Source: Myxococcales bacterium (GTDB taxonomy: Bacteria; Myxococcota_A; Bradymonadia; UBA7976; UBA1532). Taken from it: a stretch of DNA of 64,000 nt. Where the stretch lies: the NCBI GenBank assembly GCA_002731825.1, contig PCCS01000001.1:202962-266961 (forward strand), written 5' to 3'. The notes below the pieces were generated by a model. The model saw nothing but the letters and a program-made list of their open reading frames with translations. It was not told the origin of the DNA and made no database searches. The position numbers were made by a program, and so were the translations under genes. Each line of letters begins with the position of its first letter. Position 1 is the stretch's first letter. This document shows positions 18,345 to 27,815 of the stretch, in pieces.

Positions 18345-20242
18345 GCAGCTCGGCCTTCTCGATATTCTTGGTTGAAGAGCATAAAGCACATCATTGCCCA
18401 GAGCGAACGGCTGTTGTCCTCGCTGCGGTTGAGATGGGATGAAATGAGCGACTGGACGTCATCGGTACGCCACAGACCAACTCGGCTCACGCTTTGAGTG
18501 TCGAGCAAATCCATCATCAGTGGTTGTAACGGGCCAGACAACCATTGCGCCATGGGCACATTAAAGCCAGCCTTCCGCCTTTTAAGTAATTGGCCAGGCA
18601 CCCTGTTTTTAAGTGCTTGTTTCAAGACAGCTTTCGTTTTCAAACCCTTGAGTTTGTAATGCCCAGGCATTTTAGCAGCCAGCTCGACAAGACGGTGGTC
18701 CAGGAACGGCACCCTCGCCTCGAGAGAATGTAACATGCTGATTCGATCGACTTTCACCAATATATCGTCGGGCAAATAGATCTCAAAATCCGCCGCGAGT
18801 ATGGCATCCAGACTCCCCGGTTGTGACATGGACTCAGTGGCTCGTCTAAACAACCGAACCGTTTCGTCCAACTCATCGGACGAGTCCAGCATAGCGCGTC
18901 TCACTGACTCAGGCATGAATTCCTTGAAACCGTAGTGGGCGTCTATGGCGGGTCTCGACGCAGCGCGAATGAAGGCGCGAGCCTTGAGATCAAAGCTCAT
19001 TTTCTTGTGAGACGTCGGCAAGAGACCGACCACTCGATTGGCTAAGTTAATTCTAATCGGCTTGGGTACTCGCTTCCAAAGGCGTGCAAGTTTCCATGCA
19101 TAATGCGTTCGATAGCCGGCGAAAAGTTCGTCTCCGCCGTCGCCGCCCAGGGCAACGGTTACATGACGTTTGGCCAAACGGCATAAATACCACAGGGGAA
19201 TTACGCTGCTGTCGGCGTAGGGTTCGTCAAGGCTTTGGATCAATGGTGCCAGCACAGTATCTGGATCCGGCTTCACCAATTCGATGTGATGGTCGGCGCC
19301 TACGCTTCCTGCTGCCACACGCGCGAAGTTTGATTCATCATAGCTGGCTTCCTCAAATGCGATCGTAAATGCTTTAACAGGTCCAGAGTGTAGTCTGGAC
19401 ATGGAATTCAAAATGGCGCTTGAATCGATCCCGCCGCTGAGAAACATTCCGAGAGGGACATCGGAGACGAGGCGTCGTTCAACCGCGGCATCGAAGCAGC
19501 TCATAATGTCTTCGGCGGCGGTTTCAAAGTTGCCCTGATAGACGTCCTGATCTGTTCCGAAGGTTTGCGACCAATAGCGCTTTATGGAAATGCGTCCCGC
19601 TTTCCATGTCAAATAGTGCCCGGGAGGCAGTTTTCGAATGCCGTTGACCATGGTTTGATCGCCGGGCACGTAATTGAGGCCCAAATAGTCGTGATGAGCC
19701 TGTAGGTTGATGCTGTCATCGATGCATTTCGATTCCAGGAGCGCTTTGACCTCACTGGCGAACAAAAGAGATCCGGTCGCCGTCGTAGAATAAAAAACAG
19801 GTTTAATTCCGAGACGGTCACGTACAAGCGTCAGTTCTTGTTCCAGGCTGTCCCAAATGGCAAACCCAAACATGCCGTCAATTCGGTCAAAACAGGCCAC
19901 GCCCGATTCTGCGAACAGAGCCAAAATAACCTCTGTGTCGGTTCGGCTCTGAAAGCCATAGCCCATTTTTTTAAGTCGATTTCGCTCGGTCATGAAACTG
20001 TAGAATTCACCGTTGTAGACGATATGAAAACGATCGTTTTGGGTGGACATTGGTTGTTGCCCGACGCTGCGTGTATCCAGAATCGATAATCGCCGATGCG
20101 CCAGGCCAACAGATAGGTTTCCATTGCGAATCAATACGCCAGCATCATCGGGTCCCCGATGGGTCATACGGTCGCGCATCGCAATCAAACGAGTCCGGTC
20201 GACCGGGGCCGTTTCGCCAACATATCCAACAAATCCGCACAT
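18341..20242 (-). CDS. asparagine synthase-family glutamine amidotransferase (AsnB/WbpS-like)
   Basis: I chose the start at MCGFVGYVG (N-terminal Cys nucleophile), 1 nt after the upstream TAA. Also has the SGGIDSS PP-loop and the overall AsnB layout. Confidence 0.85.
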   Translation of the reverse strand: MCGFVGYVGETAPVDRTRLIAMRDRMTHRGPDDAGVLIRNGNLSVGLAHRRLSILDTRSVGQQPMSTQNDRFHIVYNGEFYSFMTERNRLKKMGYGFQSRTDTEVILALFAESGVACFDRIDGMFGFAIWDSLEQELTLVRDRLGIKPVFYSTTATGSLLFASEVKALLESKCIDDSINLQAHHDYLGLNYVPGDQTMVNGIRKLPPGHYLTWKAGRISIKRYWSQTFGTDQDVYQGNFETAAEDIMSCFDAAVERRLVSDVPLGMFLSGGIDSSAILNSMSRLHSGPVKAFTIAFEEASYDESNFARVAAGSVGADHHIELVKPDPDTVLAPLIQSLDEPYADSSVIPLWYLCRLAKRHVTVALGGDGGDELFAGYRTHYAWKLARLWKRVPKPIRINLANRVVGLLPTSHKKMSFDLKARAFIRAASRPAIDAHYGFKEFMPESVRRAMLDSSDELDETVRLFRRATESMSQPGSLDAILAADFEIYLPDDILVKVDRISMLHSLEARVPFLDHRLVELAAKMPGHYKLKGLKTKAVLKQALKNRVPGQLLKRRKAGFNVPMAQWLSGPLQPLMMDLLDTQSVSRVGLWRTDDVQSLISSHLNRSEDNSRSLWAMMCFMLFNQEYREGRAA

Positions 20243-20243
20243 A

Positions 20244-21482
20244 TTATTGAATCGTAGAGGCTTTCCGATCGATGACCTTGAGAAGCATGTCTTCGTATCG
20301 GTCAACAACCGCTTTATGGCTGTGTTGGTCTACAACATAATGTCGACCATTACGGCCCAGCCGGTTCGCGTCTTTCTTGTTTCTGTAGAGATGGCGAATG
20401 CCATCGGCTAGCTGGGTCGGATTCTCAGGTTCAGTGACCAAACCACAATCGGCTGTCCGTATCAGCGTCGCCGCATCACTGTCGACATCAAGGCTGGCAA
20501 TCGCCGGACGGCCGGCGGCTAAGATTCCAAATATTTTACAGGGTAAGCTGGTTGCAGCCATACCCGTTCGAAGAGGGACCAGACCCAAATCTGACGCGGC
20601 CAGTAGTTCAGGCAGGTCCAACCGGTCTTGTGTGGGCAGTAAAGTGACTCTTGGGTCATGCCCAAGTTCGCGCTGGAGCATTGGTTTTGCTTGTCCATCG
20701 CCGACCAGCATCAAACGAATATTGGGTAGGTCATCTAGCTGCCTCCATGCGGCGACAACTGTTTCAAGACTTTGGCTGTAGCCCATTCGCCCGCTGAACT
20801 GAACGACAAACTGTCCTTTGTAATCAAGGGTCTCCCTGTATCGATTTCGATTCTTGGGCCTCGGTGTAATGAAGTCCACATCTGTATAGTTGGGGATGAC
20901 GGCAATTCGGTCATCCGGTACACCCAGTCGCAGGCAGTGCTGTCGAAAGCTTTGACTGATTACAGACAGTTGATCCGCCTTGTGTAGAACGTGCTTTTCC
21001 AAGCGCTGAAATCCGTCGATCATGGCCGGATTGGTCATCACGCCCAGGCGGATTGCAGCCTCAGGAAATAGGTCTTGTAGGTTGTACACGAAGGGGATGT
21101 TCTTGATCGTCGATAAAAGTTGGTCGACCAGGCCCAGCGTTAATGGTGGCGATGGGGTAAAAATTGCATCGACATTTCGAATTGAAGCCGCAGCCGCCAA
21201 GGCGGTTGCGGTAAAAGAGGCATAATTAGCCATTTTCGCTAGAGTTCCGCCCTGTGGGGCGTAGAGCCATACTCTCAAGATGTCCACACCATTGTGATGA
21301 TCTCGCTCGAACAGCTTGCCGCGATAGTCCGCTTCGATTTGCCCAGTCTCATGATGTGGGAATGCACACACCACAGTCACCTTATGACCCCGTTGAACTA
21401 AGCCTTCGCACAGCCCGGTCATCAACGGTGCATTTCCGAGTTTATCCGGAAAATAATTGAGTCCTAACAAAAGCAAGTGCAT
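20244..21482 (-). CDS. glycosyltransferase, GT4 family (WcaI/WbuB-like)
   Basis: MHLLLLGLNYFPDKLGNAPLMTGLCEGLVQRGHKVTVV is the N-terminus typical of the WcaI/WbuB group. GT-B C-terminal half. Confidence 0.75.
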   Translation of the reverse strand: MHLLLLGLNYFPDKLGNAPLMTGLCEGLVQRGHKVTVVCAFPHHETGQIEADYRGKLFERDHHNGVDILRVWLYAPQGGTLAKMANYASFTATALAAAASIRNVDAIFTPSPPLTLGLVDQLLSTIKNIPFVYNLQDLFPEAAIRLGVMTNPAMIDGFQRLEKHVLHKADQLSVISQSFRQHCLRLGVPDDRIAVIPNYTDVDFITPRPKNRNRYRETLDYKGQFVVQFSGRMGYSQSLETVVAAWRQLDDLPNIRLMLVGDGQAKPMLQRELGHDPRVTLLPTQDRLDLPELLAASDLGLVPLRTGMAATSLPCKIFGILAAGRPAIASLDVDSDAATLIRTADCGLVTEPENPTQLADGIRHLYRNKKDANRLGRNGRHYVVDQHSHKAVVDRYEDMLLKVIDRKASTIQ

Positions 21483-21534
21483 GGTTGCCCCTTTTAGCCT
21501 TGGCGGCGCATCTTGCGCCTTAACGGCCGTATCG

Positions 21535-23985
21535 TCAATCGTTCCCTAATCGGTTCCGTTTTTCTTCGAGTTTGATTTCATCTCTGACGTGTTTTAGCCG
21601 GCGATTTCTAGGTTTTTCTGCCAATGCGTTTTCGACTCGTTTCAACGCGCTATCCCATCGAGACAGCCTCCCTTCAAGTTGAGCCGCTTGAATGATGTAT
21701 TCGACGGCGGGTCGGAGAGATAAGGCTCGATCATAGGCGATTAATGCGCTCTCTAATCGGTTCTGATGTTGATGGAATCGTGCTTTTAAAATCAGTACAT
21801 TAAATGCCTTCGATGGATCGCTTTTCGACACGGTCCAAAGGGCACCAAGACTGTCCGCCACTCGATCTGTTGCATTGAGTAGGCGATAGGTTCGCAGTGC
21901 TTGTCTAAGAAAGCTCTCATTGTTTTTTCCACCTGTGTCAAAAGCTTGATTGAGTACAGTGAGCGCGCGTTGGGGTTGTCCCAAAAAAAACAGCCGTCTG
22001 GCGTCTATCGCGGATGCCAAGTGTGGGTCACCCGCTTGACTGAACCATTGAGCCAAAGTGACGAGGCAGTCTGTATTCTTTTGATTTAGACACGCGCGCA
22101 TCCGAGTCAAATGGCCAAAGCGTGAATTGGGCTTCCATCGTATAAGTTCGTTGGCCAGTTGCTCCACTTTGTCGATCTCATTTAAACGGAACAGCGCCTC
22201 GACAAACCGGCGTTGAGATCTGGGATTATCTGGGATGGCCACCAATAAATCGGCCAGTGAATGGTAGTTCTTAATAATTTTGGAAATTAAAGTGAGTTCG
22301 TCCCACGGCGACTTCTCTAATGCACGACGGTATTCACCGGCTGATTGAGTGAGAAAACCGGCACGGTATAAGGCGTGCGCGGAGACCAAATTGGGGGTGG
22401 CATTCTGAGGCGCTAAGAGCTGAGCTCGATTTGCCCAGGATAGCGTGGTTTTCAATGGGCTGTCTTCTGCCGCTAAAAGCCGCTGTGATGCGATGGTCGG
22501 AATCAACCAATCCGCCGGATGTCGTTTTGCAAGACGGCTGGCTTCCGCATTGATGTCACTGCCCTTGTCCAAGGTTTTTAGTTTATCTAAATGTTGGTCG
22601 CCTGTCAGCGAAACCAAGGGGCCAAACTGAGTCAGCAAACCGATAATTAGAGCGCCTGAGATGAGCGCCAATTCCCTGCGTATGGGCCGTCGCGAACTCG
22701 ATGATCCGAGGGACACAATGCACATGGACAAGACCATTGCAGTGGGCAGAGAGAGTCCCATCGCGCTCATGCCAAAATCTGAGAGTTGATAGATACCGAC
22801 GCCCGTAAGCGCAGCGAGACTGCCGGCGGCGAGACCGCTTGGCCGACGCGTAAATTGGCGTAGGTTTAGCCCCCAAATCAGTATGGCTACAGCCATCGTA
22901 ATCAGCCCTAAGACGATGCCGGACTCGATCAAATTCTGAATCAGTATATTTTCGGCATGGGTGACGGTGCCGTCGACGGATTTGGCTTGGAATTGGTTGA
23001 ACACGTGAGTGAAAGTGCCTCGACCGCTGCCGGCCATTAGATAGGCATCTGCAGAGTTGATTGCATTGGACCAAACGGTCACCTTTGGATCATCCAGCAC
23101 ATGGTTCAGCGACCAAATATTCCATTCTTTGACAAGCACTAAAGACGCACTCACCGCAAGGCACAGGCCTCCGCCAACAAATATGACCACGGCCTTCAAA
23201 CGATTCTTCAGACTGGTGGCATCTGTGGAGGCCGAGGCGCCGAGTAAAATCACGAATATGAGCCAACCGGCTATCGCAGCAGGAACGACCCCCCTCGAGC
23301 CCGTTGAAAAAGCTGCTAAAAAGCAAACCACAACGGCAATAATCGTTATTTTGAGCCGACCATTTTTGGTCTCATCGAGCGTCAGTCCGACCCCAGTGAA
23401 ACCGGCTAACAAGAGCAATGTACTAAACGTGTTTGCGTTGACGAAAGGACCAAAGAAACCCTGCATTGAGTCTCTATGAATCGCCTCGTAGACCCCGTAG
23501 ATTTGTTTCATTCCCGTCATAAAATGGATGACGGCAATGAGGCTTGCTACGAAGCCCATGGCCAGAATCATCCGTCCGAGCGAGCGGCATTGCCGAGGTT
23601 TTACCGATGAGAGTATTCCGACGACTAAGACAAACGCGAGCTGATGAAAAAGGACCGCGAGTGTGGCTAGATAATCCACTGTGATTGGGGCCCATGAACG
23701 GGCGGGGTTGGACTGCAGATAGAGCGTTGCCCCCTCCGGTGATAGCACCTTAAGCCACTGCATTGGCATGGGCATTAACTGAAGCGCTGTTGCACAACAC
23801 GGGATTAAAAGAAGCCATATGAATTGCGGCTGATAGACCTTGTCACCGCATCGCATCAGAAGATGCATCACGCCTAGCGCTGCAATCAGCCCTGCGAAAA
23901 GCATCTGAATATCGATACGGCTGGCGCCCATGGCGAAAGGCGCTAGGATGACGATCGTACCTAGGATTCGGGGGCCTAATCGCAT
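21535..23985 (-). CDS. O-antigen ligase/polymerase-like (Wzy_C) membrane protein with C-terminal TPR domain
   Basis: About 12 TMs in the first ~450 aa, with TGSRGVVPAAIAG and THAENILIQNLIESGIVLGLI. The C-terminal ~350 aa is TPR-like (YRAGFLTQSAGEYRRALEKSP, ALIAYDRALSLRP). Confidence 0.7.
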   Translation of the reverse strand: MRLGPRILGTIVILAPFAMGASRIDIQMLFAGLIAALGVMHLLMRCGDKVYQPQFIWLLLIPCCATALQLMPMPMQWLKVLSPEGATLYLQSNPARSWAPITVDYLATLAVLFHQLAFVLVVGILSSVKPRQCRSLGRMILAMGFVASLIAVIHFMTGMKQIYGVYEAIHRDSMQGFFGPFVNANTFSTLLLLAGFTGVGLTLDETKNGRLKITIIAVVVCFLAAFSTGSRGVVPAAIAGWLIFVILLGASASTDATSLKNRLKAVVIFVGGGLCLAVSASLVLVKEWNIWSLNHVLDDPKVTVWSNAINSADAYLMAGSGRGTFTHVFNQFQAKSVDGTVTHAENILIQNLIESGIVLGLITMAVAILIWGLNLRQFTRRPSGLAAGSLAALTGVGIYQLSDFGMSAMGLSLPTAMVLSMCIVSLGSSSSRRPIRRELALISGALIIGLLTQFGPLVSLTGDQHLDKLKTLDKGSDINAEASRLAKRHPADWLIPTIASQRLLAAEDSPLKTTLSWANRAQLLAPQNATPNLVSAHALYRAGFLTQSAGEYRRALEKSPWDELTLISKIIKNYHSLADLLVAIPDNPRSQRRFVEALFRLNEIDKVEQLANELIRWKPNSRFGHLTRMRACLNQKNTDCLVTLAQWFSQAGDPHLASAIDARRLFFLGQPQRALTVLNQAFDTGGKNNESFLRQALRTYRLLNATDRVADSLGALWTVSKSDPSKAFNVLILKARFHQHQNRLESALIAYDRALSLRPAVEYIIQAAQLEGRLSRWDSALKRVENALAEKPRNRRLKHVRDEIKLEEKRNRLGND

Positions 23986-24071
23986 GGCTACTTGGCTGCC
24001 TTAAGACGGGTCGTAGCCGCGAAGAAAGGTCGAATTTCTTCGCGAATCATGTCACGACCGGAGTGCCGCCC

Positions 24072-24386
24072 TTACTTGGAGCAGGCGTTAACGTAGCATT
24101 TGGACATGGCCTGATTGAGTAGTTCACATCGGTCTTCATGGTGATTCCAGTCAGCGTTACACTGTGTGCAGCAATCTCTTGCAATCCTCAAATCACCGGA
24201 CGCACCATAACCTGGATCTTCACGAATTTTTCTGTTTTCGACGCGCTTTTCGTCATCGTAACCGAGAACAAGCTGAACGCTATCGTTTCCAGCATCACCC
24301 AGAAGAGGTCCTGCAACCGCGATAAAAAAGAATCCGAATAAACCGAAAACAACAAACACTGCTTTGACGCCACCGTTCATAATCAT
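24072..24386 (-). CDS. small membrane-anchored Cys-rich protein, unknown function
   Basis: 104 aa. N-terminal TM (AVFVVFGLFGFFFIAVAG) and a C-terminal part with 7 Cys (DCCTQCNADWNHHEDRCELLNQAMSKCYVNAC). Coding status is only moderately supported. Confidence 0.4.
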   Translation of the reverse strand: MIMNGGVKAVFVVFGLFGFFFIAVAGPLLGDAGNDSVQLVLGYDDEKRVENRKIREDPGYGASGDLRIARDCCTQCNADWNHHEDRCELLNQAMSKCYVNACSK

Positions 24387-24443
24387 TTGGCTCCATTGAT
24401 TGATGGTCCATATCTACACCGAAATTCAGCTCTATGCTACAGA

Positions 24444-26324
24444 TCATCGTTGATTCTTATTGTCTAGTGCCATCCAGCGTAGATTTACAAATCCTGCCCG
24501 ACCCGGGAGAGGACGATGAATGACATCGAAAAGTTGCTTTTCATCGAAGATATTTTGCACTTCTGCGCCCATGGTAAAGCCGTAACCGATCCACCAGCTC
24601 ATACCCGTTGTGACGGTCGTATAGCTTGGCAATTCTCGATGCCCGAATCGATCTGATTTCATCACGCCTTGATAAAGGCCGCTCACATAGAGATTTAAGG
24701 CGCTGAGGGGATAATCTAGAATCCAATTCAGCCGCTGATTCGGCCGATAGGGAAGGGGCCGCTTAGATTGGTCTTGATGCCATTGATAATGGTAATTTAG
24801 CTCGACGCGCGCCCGGGCGATTTTGAGCCGAATTCGCGCCTCTAAACCGGCTATGTCGGCGGACAAGTCATCGCTCGCTTGGGTCCTGAATGCATCGATT
24901 GGTAGGAACACGATCAAGCGGTCATAGCGCTGGAGATAGCCACTTATGTCGATGAGCCAGAATTGACTTTCACGTGATTGGAGTCGAACCGATAGAGAGC
25001 CGTTCCAGCCGTCCTCTGGTCGCAGCGATGGGTCACCAGAAATACCCGGACCCCGAAAATACAACTCGTCAAAGCTGGGATCTCTAAAGTTACGCCCTAC
25101 TTGGGCGCTGAGTCTGGTGATTTTGCTGGCTGTCCATATCCCATTGAATTGTGGCGCGACGACAAAGTCTCGGCCCCTCCGCATATCCAGCCGTGTCGAG
25201 AGCATAAATTCGAGGTCATCTACAGGCAGCCAGCCCAGGCCTCCAACGACTGATCCGGTCATGCGTTCCTCTTGCCTTGCTTGTTCAGAACCACCGGTTT
25301 GTGCATGCGCGTATCTGGCATCACCGCTCATTTGGACGAGGATTGCTTCGGTCAGATAGGCTGTGATTTCGCTGCGCGTATCGATATTATAATCCCTCAG
25401 TTCGAATTCGTCTTGCATCAAGCCAAAAGCGGAGCGTGTGTCTCTAAATTCATAAGACCTGAGACTGGTTCCAATGGATGCTCGCAAATGGGTTGCGTTG
25501 TCGAATACGTTGGTGTCATCAAGAGTCAATCGTGCGCTCTGTCGGCTTTGCTGGCTGGCTGCGGTTAAACTGGGCGCTTCTCCTGAGCCGGGCTCGCCAC
25601 GTTCGTCCAGATAAAGGTCTGTAAGCAGTGACCAGCGTCGCGACGGAGTTGCACGCCATTCTACTTGAATGGCTCCCCCCCCGTTCATGTGGTCATTATT
25701 AATCCGGATCTGCTGGCGGCCGTTGGTATCCTCGTATGCGAAGTCTCCATCTGCGCTTGAATAGCGGCCGCTAAAAAGTAGGCGAATAGAGTCAGTGTTC
25801 CAATCGGCACATCCGTTGGCATAGCGATAGCCGAAGGATCCGAGTCCGAACTCCAGTCGATCAGCCGTTCTTTGCTTGGGTAACCTGAGCCTGAGAACAC
25901 CGCCTTGGGCGCCGCTGCCGTAACTCGCCCCCGCGGATCCACGCAAGACTTCGATCTGGTCCAAGCAGCCAATGGGCATGGTACTCAAGTCGATGGCATC
26001 GCCGCGTGGTCCACTAAATTGAATGTCCTCTAGCAAGACCAAGACTTGGTTTGAGCCAGCCCCTCTCAGTTGGAGTACTTGGCCGCGACCTAAGCTTCCA
26101 CTGCGTTGGACCCGTGCGCCTAGGGTGCGGTCAACGTGCTGACCGATGTCTAACCTCATGCGTGGATCATCATCGAGTTTGATGGCGTCTACGGTGGCGG
26201 CTGAGTTACGTTGGTCCCGTGTCTGCCTTTCCCCTCTGACAGTGATCTGGTCGTCCTCGGCGTGGACGAGCGTCGGGGCAGTCAAGACCAGGCAGATGAG
26301 GCAGACCCTGCATAGAGTTCTCAT
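24444..26324 (-). CDS. TonB-dependent outer-membrane receptor
   Basis: Signal peptide (LICLVLTAPTLVHA|ED), plug-domain text (ITVRGERQ...LDQIEVLRGSAGASYGSGAQGGVL) and a long beta-barrel ending ...GFVNLRW plus a 9-aa extension. ATGA overlap with the upstream gene. Confidence 0.85.
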   Translation of the reverse strand: MRTLCRVCLICLVLTAPTLVHAEDDQITVRGERQTRDQRNSAATVDAIKLDDDPRMRLDIGQHVDRTLGARVQRSGSLGRGQVLQLRGAGSNQVLVLLEDIQFSGPRGDAIDLSTMPIGCLDQIEVLRGSAGASYGSGAQGGVLRLRLPKQRTADRLEFGLGSFGYRYANGCADWNTDSIRLLFSGRYSSADGDFAYEDTNGRQQIRINNDHMNGGGAIQVEWRATPSRRWSLLTDLYLDERGEPGSGEAPSLTAASQQSRQSARLTLDDTNVFDNATHLRASIGTSLRSYEFRDTRSAFGLMQDEFELRDYNIDTRSEITAYLTEAILVQMSGDARYAHAQTGGSEQARQEERMTGSVVGGLGWLPVDDLEFMLSTRLDMRRGRDFVVAPQFNGIWTASKITRLSAQVGRNFRDPSFDELYFRGPGISGDPSLRPEDGWNGSLSVRLQSRESQFWLIDISGYLQRYDRLIVFLPIDAFRTQASDDLSADIAGLEARIRLKIARARVELNYHYQWHQDQSKRPLPYRPNQRLNWILDYPLSALNLYVSGLYQGVMKSDRFGHRELPSYTTVTTGMSWWIGYGFTMGAEVQNIFDEKQLFDVIHRPLPGRAGFVNLRWMALDNKNQR

Positions 26325-26899
26325 GGTGTCTTCAGTTTTGGTTGCTGGGCCGCCTTAGGTGGAAAACTTGGATCGACGAACACGGTCTTCGTCTGTCGCA
26401 AATAGACACATGCGTCAGGTCCTTTTAGTTTGATGGGCTTGGTTTGCGCGAGCAGTTCGACCCGGCCGACGTGCGTGAATGGGATGTCGATGGTCTCGAC
26501 TCTGGCGTCTCCTTTGGCCCGTTCGATCAAATAGCCGCCGCGTTTGATGACACGCTGTCTGTATCGTCGATGGGATTTGGCTTTGCAAGATGGGACCGTG
26601 ACCACACGTTTTTCATTGTTGCTACACAAGTCTTCTGTCTCGGTGGCATCGACCATCAACGTGAGGCCTGGAAGACAGATGACGTCTGCCGTTTCTAAGC
26701 GACAGAGTACATGAGGGCTTAAATTTCTGAGCACGGGCTGAGATATCCCTTTTATATCTCGGCAATTGATCAGGTTTTCCTTGCGCGTCGGCTGGGCTGA
26801 TAATGGAACTGCAGACAATGAGGTCAGCAGGTACAAAATGAGCGATACACGGGTGTTCTTAGACGTGTTTCGCGATGCGCCTTTTAGTCGACTACTCAC
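26321..26899 (-). CDS. secreted protein, unknown function
   Basis: 192 aa with a GTG start 4 nt after the upstream stop and a signal-like segment (VSLILYLLTSLSAVPLSA|QP). Its stop overlaps the receptor start (ATGA). Confidence 0.5.
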   Translation of the reverse strand: MSSRLKGASRNTSKNTRVSLILYLLTSLSAVPLSAQPTRKENLINCRDIKGISQPVLRNLSPHVLCRLETADVICLPGLTLMVDATETEDLCSNNEKRVVTVPSCKAKSHRRYRQRVIKRGGYLIERAKGDARVETIDIPFTHVGRVELLAQTKPIKLKGPDACVYLRQTKTVFVDPSFPPKAAQQPKLKTP

Positions 26900-26903
26900 T
26901 GGT

Positions 26904-27815
26904 TTAGGGCCACCTATATGCTCTTAGGGTCTGGATTTCGTCGAAGGATGCTTTGAAACCTGTGGCCTCAACAAAGCGCTGATTGTCGATGACGACAGGA
27001 TACTTGATATGGTTCAATGACCCCTTTGGTAGTCTTGAGAAGCCGAATCGGCCAAGTATTGCTGGAAATACGGGTTCGGGGATTGGCACCGAACGGCAGC
27101 CTGCGATGCGGCAGAGCAGGGCCAGGGGAACGGGTGGGGGACCTGATACATTAAACACCCCCCTTAATTTACTTTTTAAACTGGTGAAGATAGCCAGGGC
27201 CGCATCGGCTTCATGCATAAAGTGAAACAGGGGGTCAAAGCCCATGACAGTCGGGACTTTTGGACCGCGTAAATAGTTGGCCAATGTCCCTCTTTTAGAC
27301 GGCCCTAGGGAATAGGCTAGTCTAAGTACGGCGGTCTCAACGCTCGGGCGCCGCCAAATTGAATTTCCTGCATAGAGGTCCGCTGCGACTAAATCTGCGA
27401 GATTGGGAAAGGTACTGCCCGCCATCAATGGCTCGTCCTCATTTCGGTAGAGCGGTGCATCGGCAGCGGCACCGTAAACGGTATGCCGACCCACAAATAT
27501 CGCGTGTTTTACGCCATAATTTTCGCAATACTCCCAGACGGCCCGGGTGCCGCCCAGATTGATTCGATAGCGTTCTTCGCTCCCCGCGCTGACATAGGTG
27601 ACCGTCGCCATATGGATCAAGGCATCCGGTTTGTATGTGCGGAAAACATCCTCGGCCGGGCGTTTACGCATATCCACACGAAACATTTGCACGCGTTCGG
27701 GACAATCTGGCCATGGGCGCCGATCCAGTCCCAAAACCTCGTGTCCGTCATTGACCAGGAGCTGGACAACTTGACGGGCTAAGGCGCCACTCGCACCGGT
27801 AACAACAACCTTCAT
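26904..27815 (-). CDS. NAD-dependent epimerase/dehydratase-family protein
   Basis: [17 protein letters not shown] Rossmann start and extended-SDR layout. ATGA overlap with the acyltransferase stop. Confidence 0.75.
   Translation of the reverse strand: MKVVVTGASGALARQVVQLLVNDGHEVLGLDRRPWPDCPERVQMFRVDMRKRPAEDVFRTYKPDALIHMATVTYVSAGSEERYRINLGGTRAVWEYCENYGVKHAIFVGRHTVYGAAADAPLYRNEDEPLMAGSTFPNLADLVAADLYAGNSIWRRPSVETAVLRLAYSLGPSKRGTLANYLRGPKVPTVMGFDPLFHFMHEADAALAIFTSLKSKLRGVFNVSGPPPVPLALLCRIAGCRSVPIPEPVFPAILGRFGFSRLPKGSLNHIKYPVVIDNQRFVEATGFKASFDEIQTLRAYRWP

Noticed and set aside
24444-26324. Linking the TonB-dependent receptor functionally to the ExbB/ExbD/TonB-like cluster at 2.9-6.8 kb.
   Set aside because: The two are 17 kb apart, on opposite strands and in different operon contexts. 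Nothing in the sequence supports a specific pairing.
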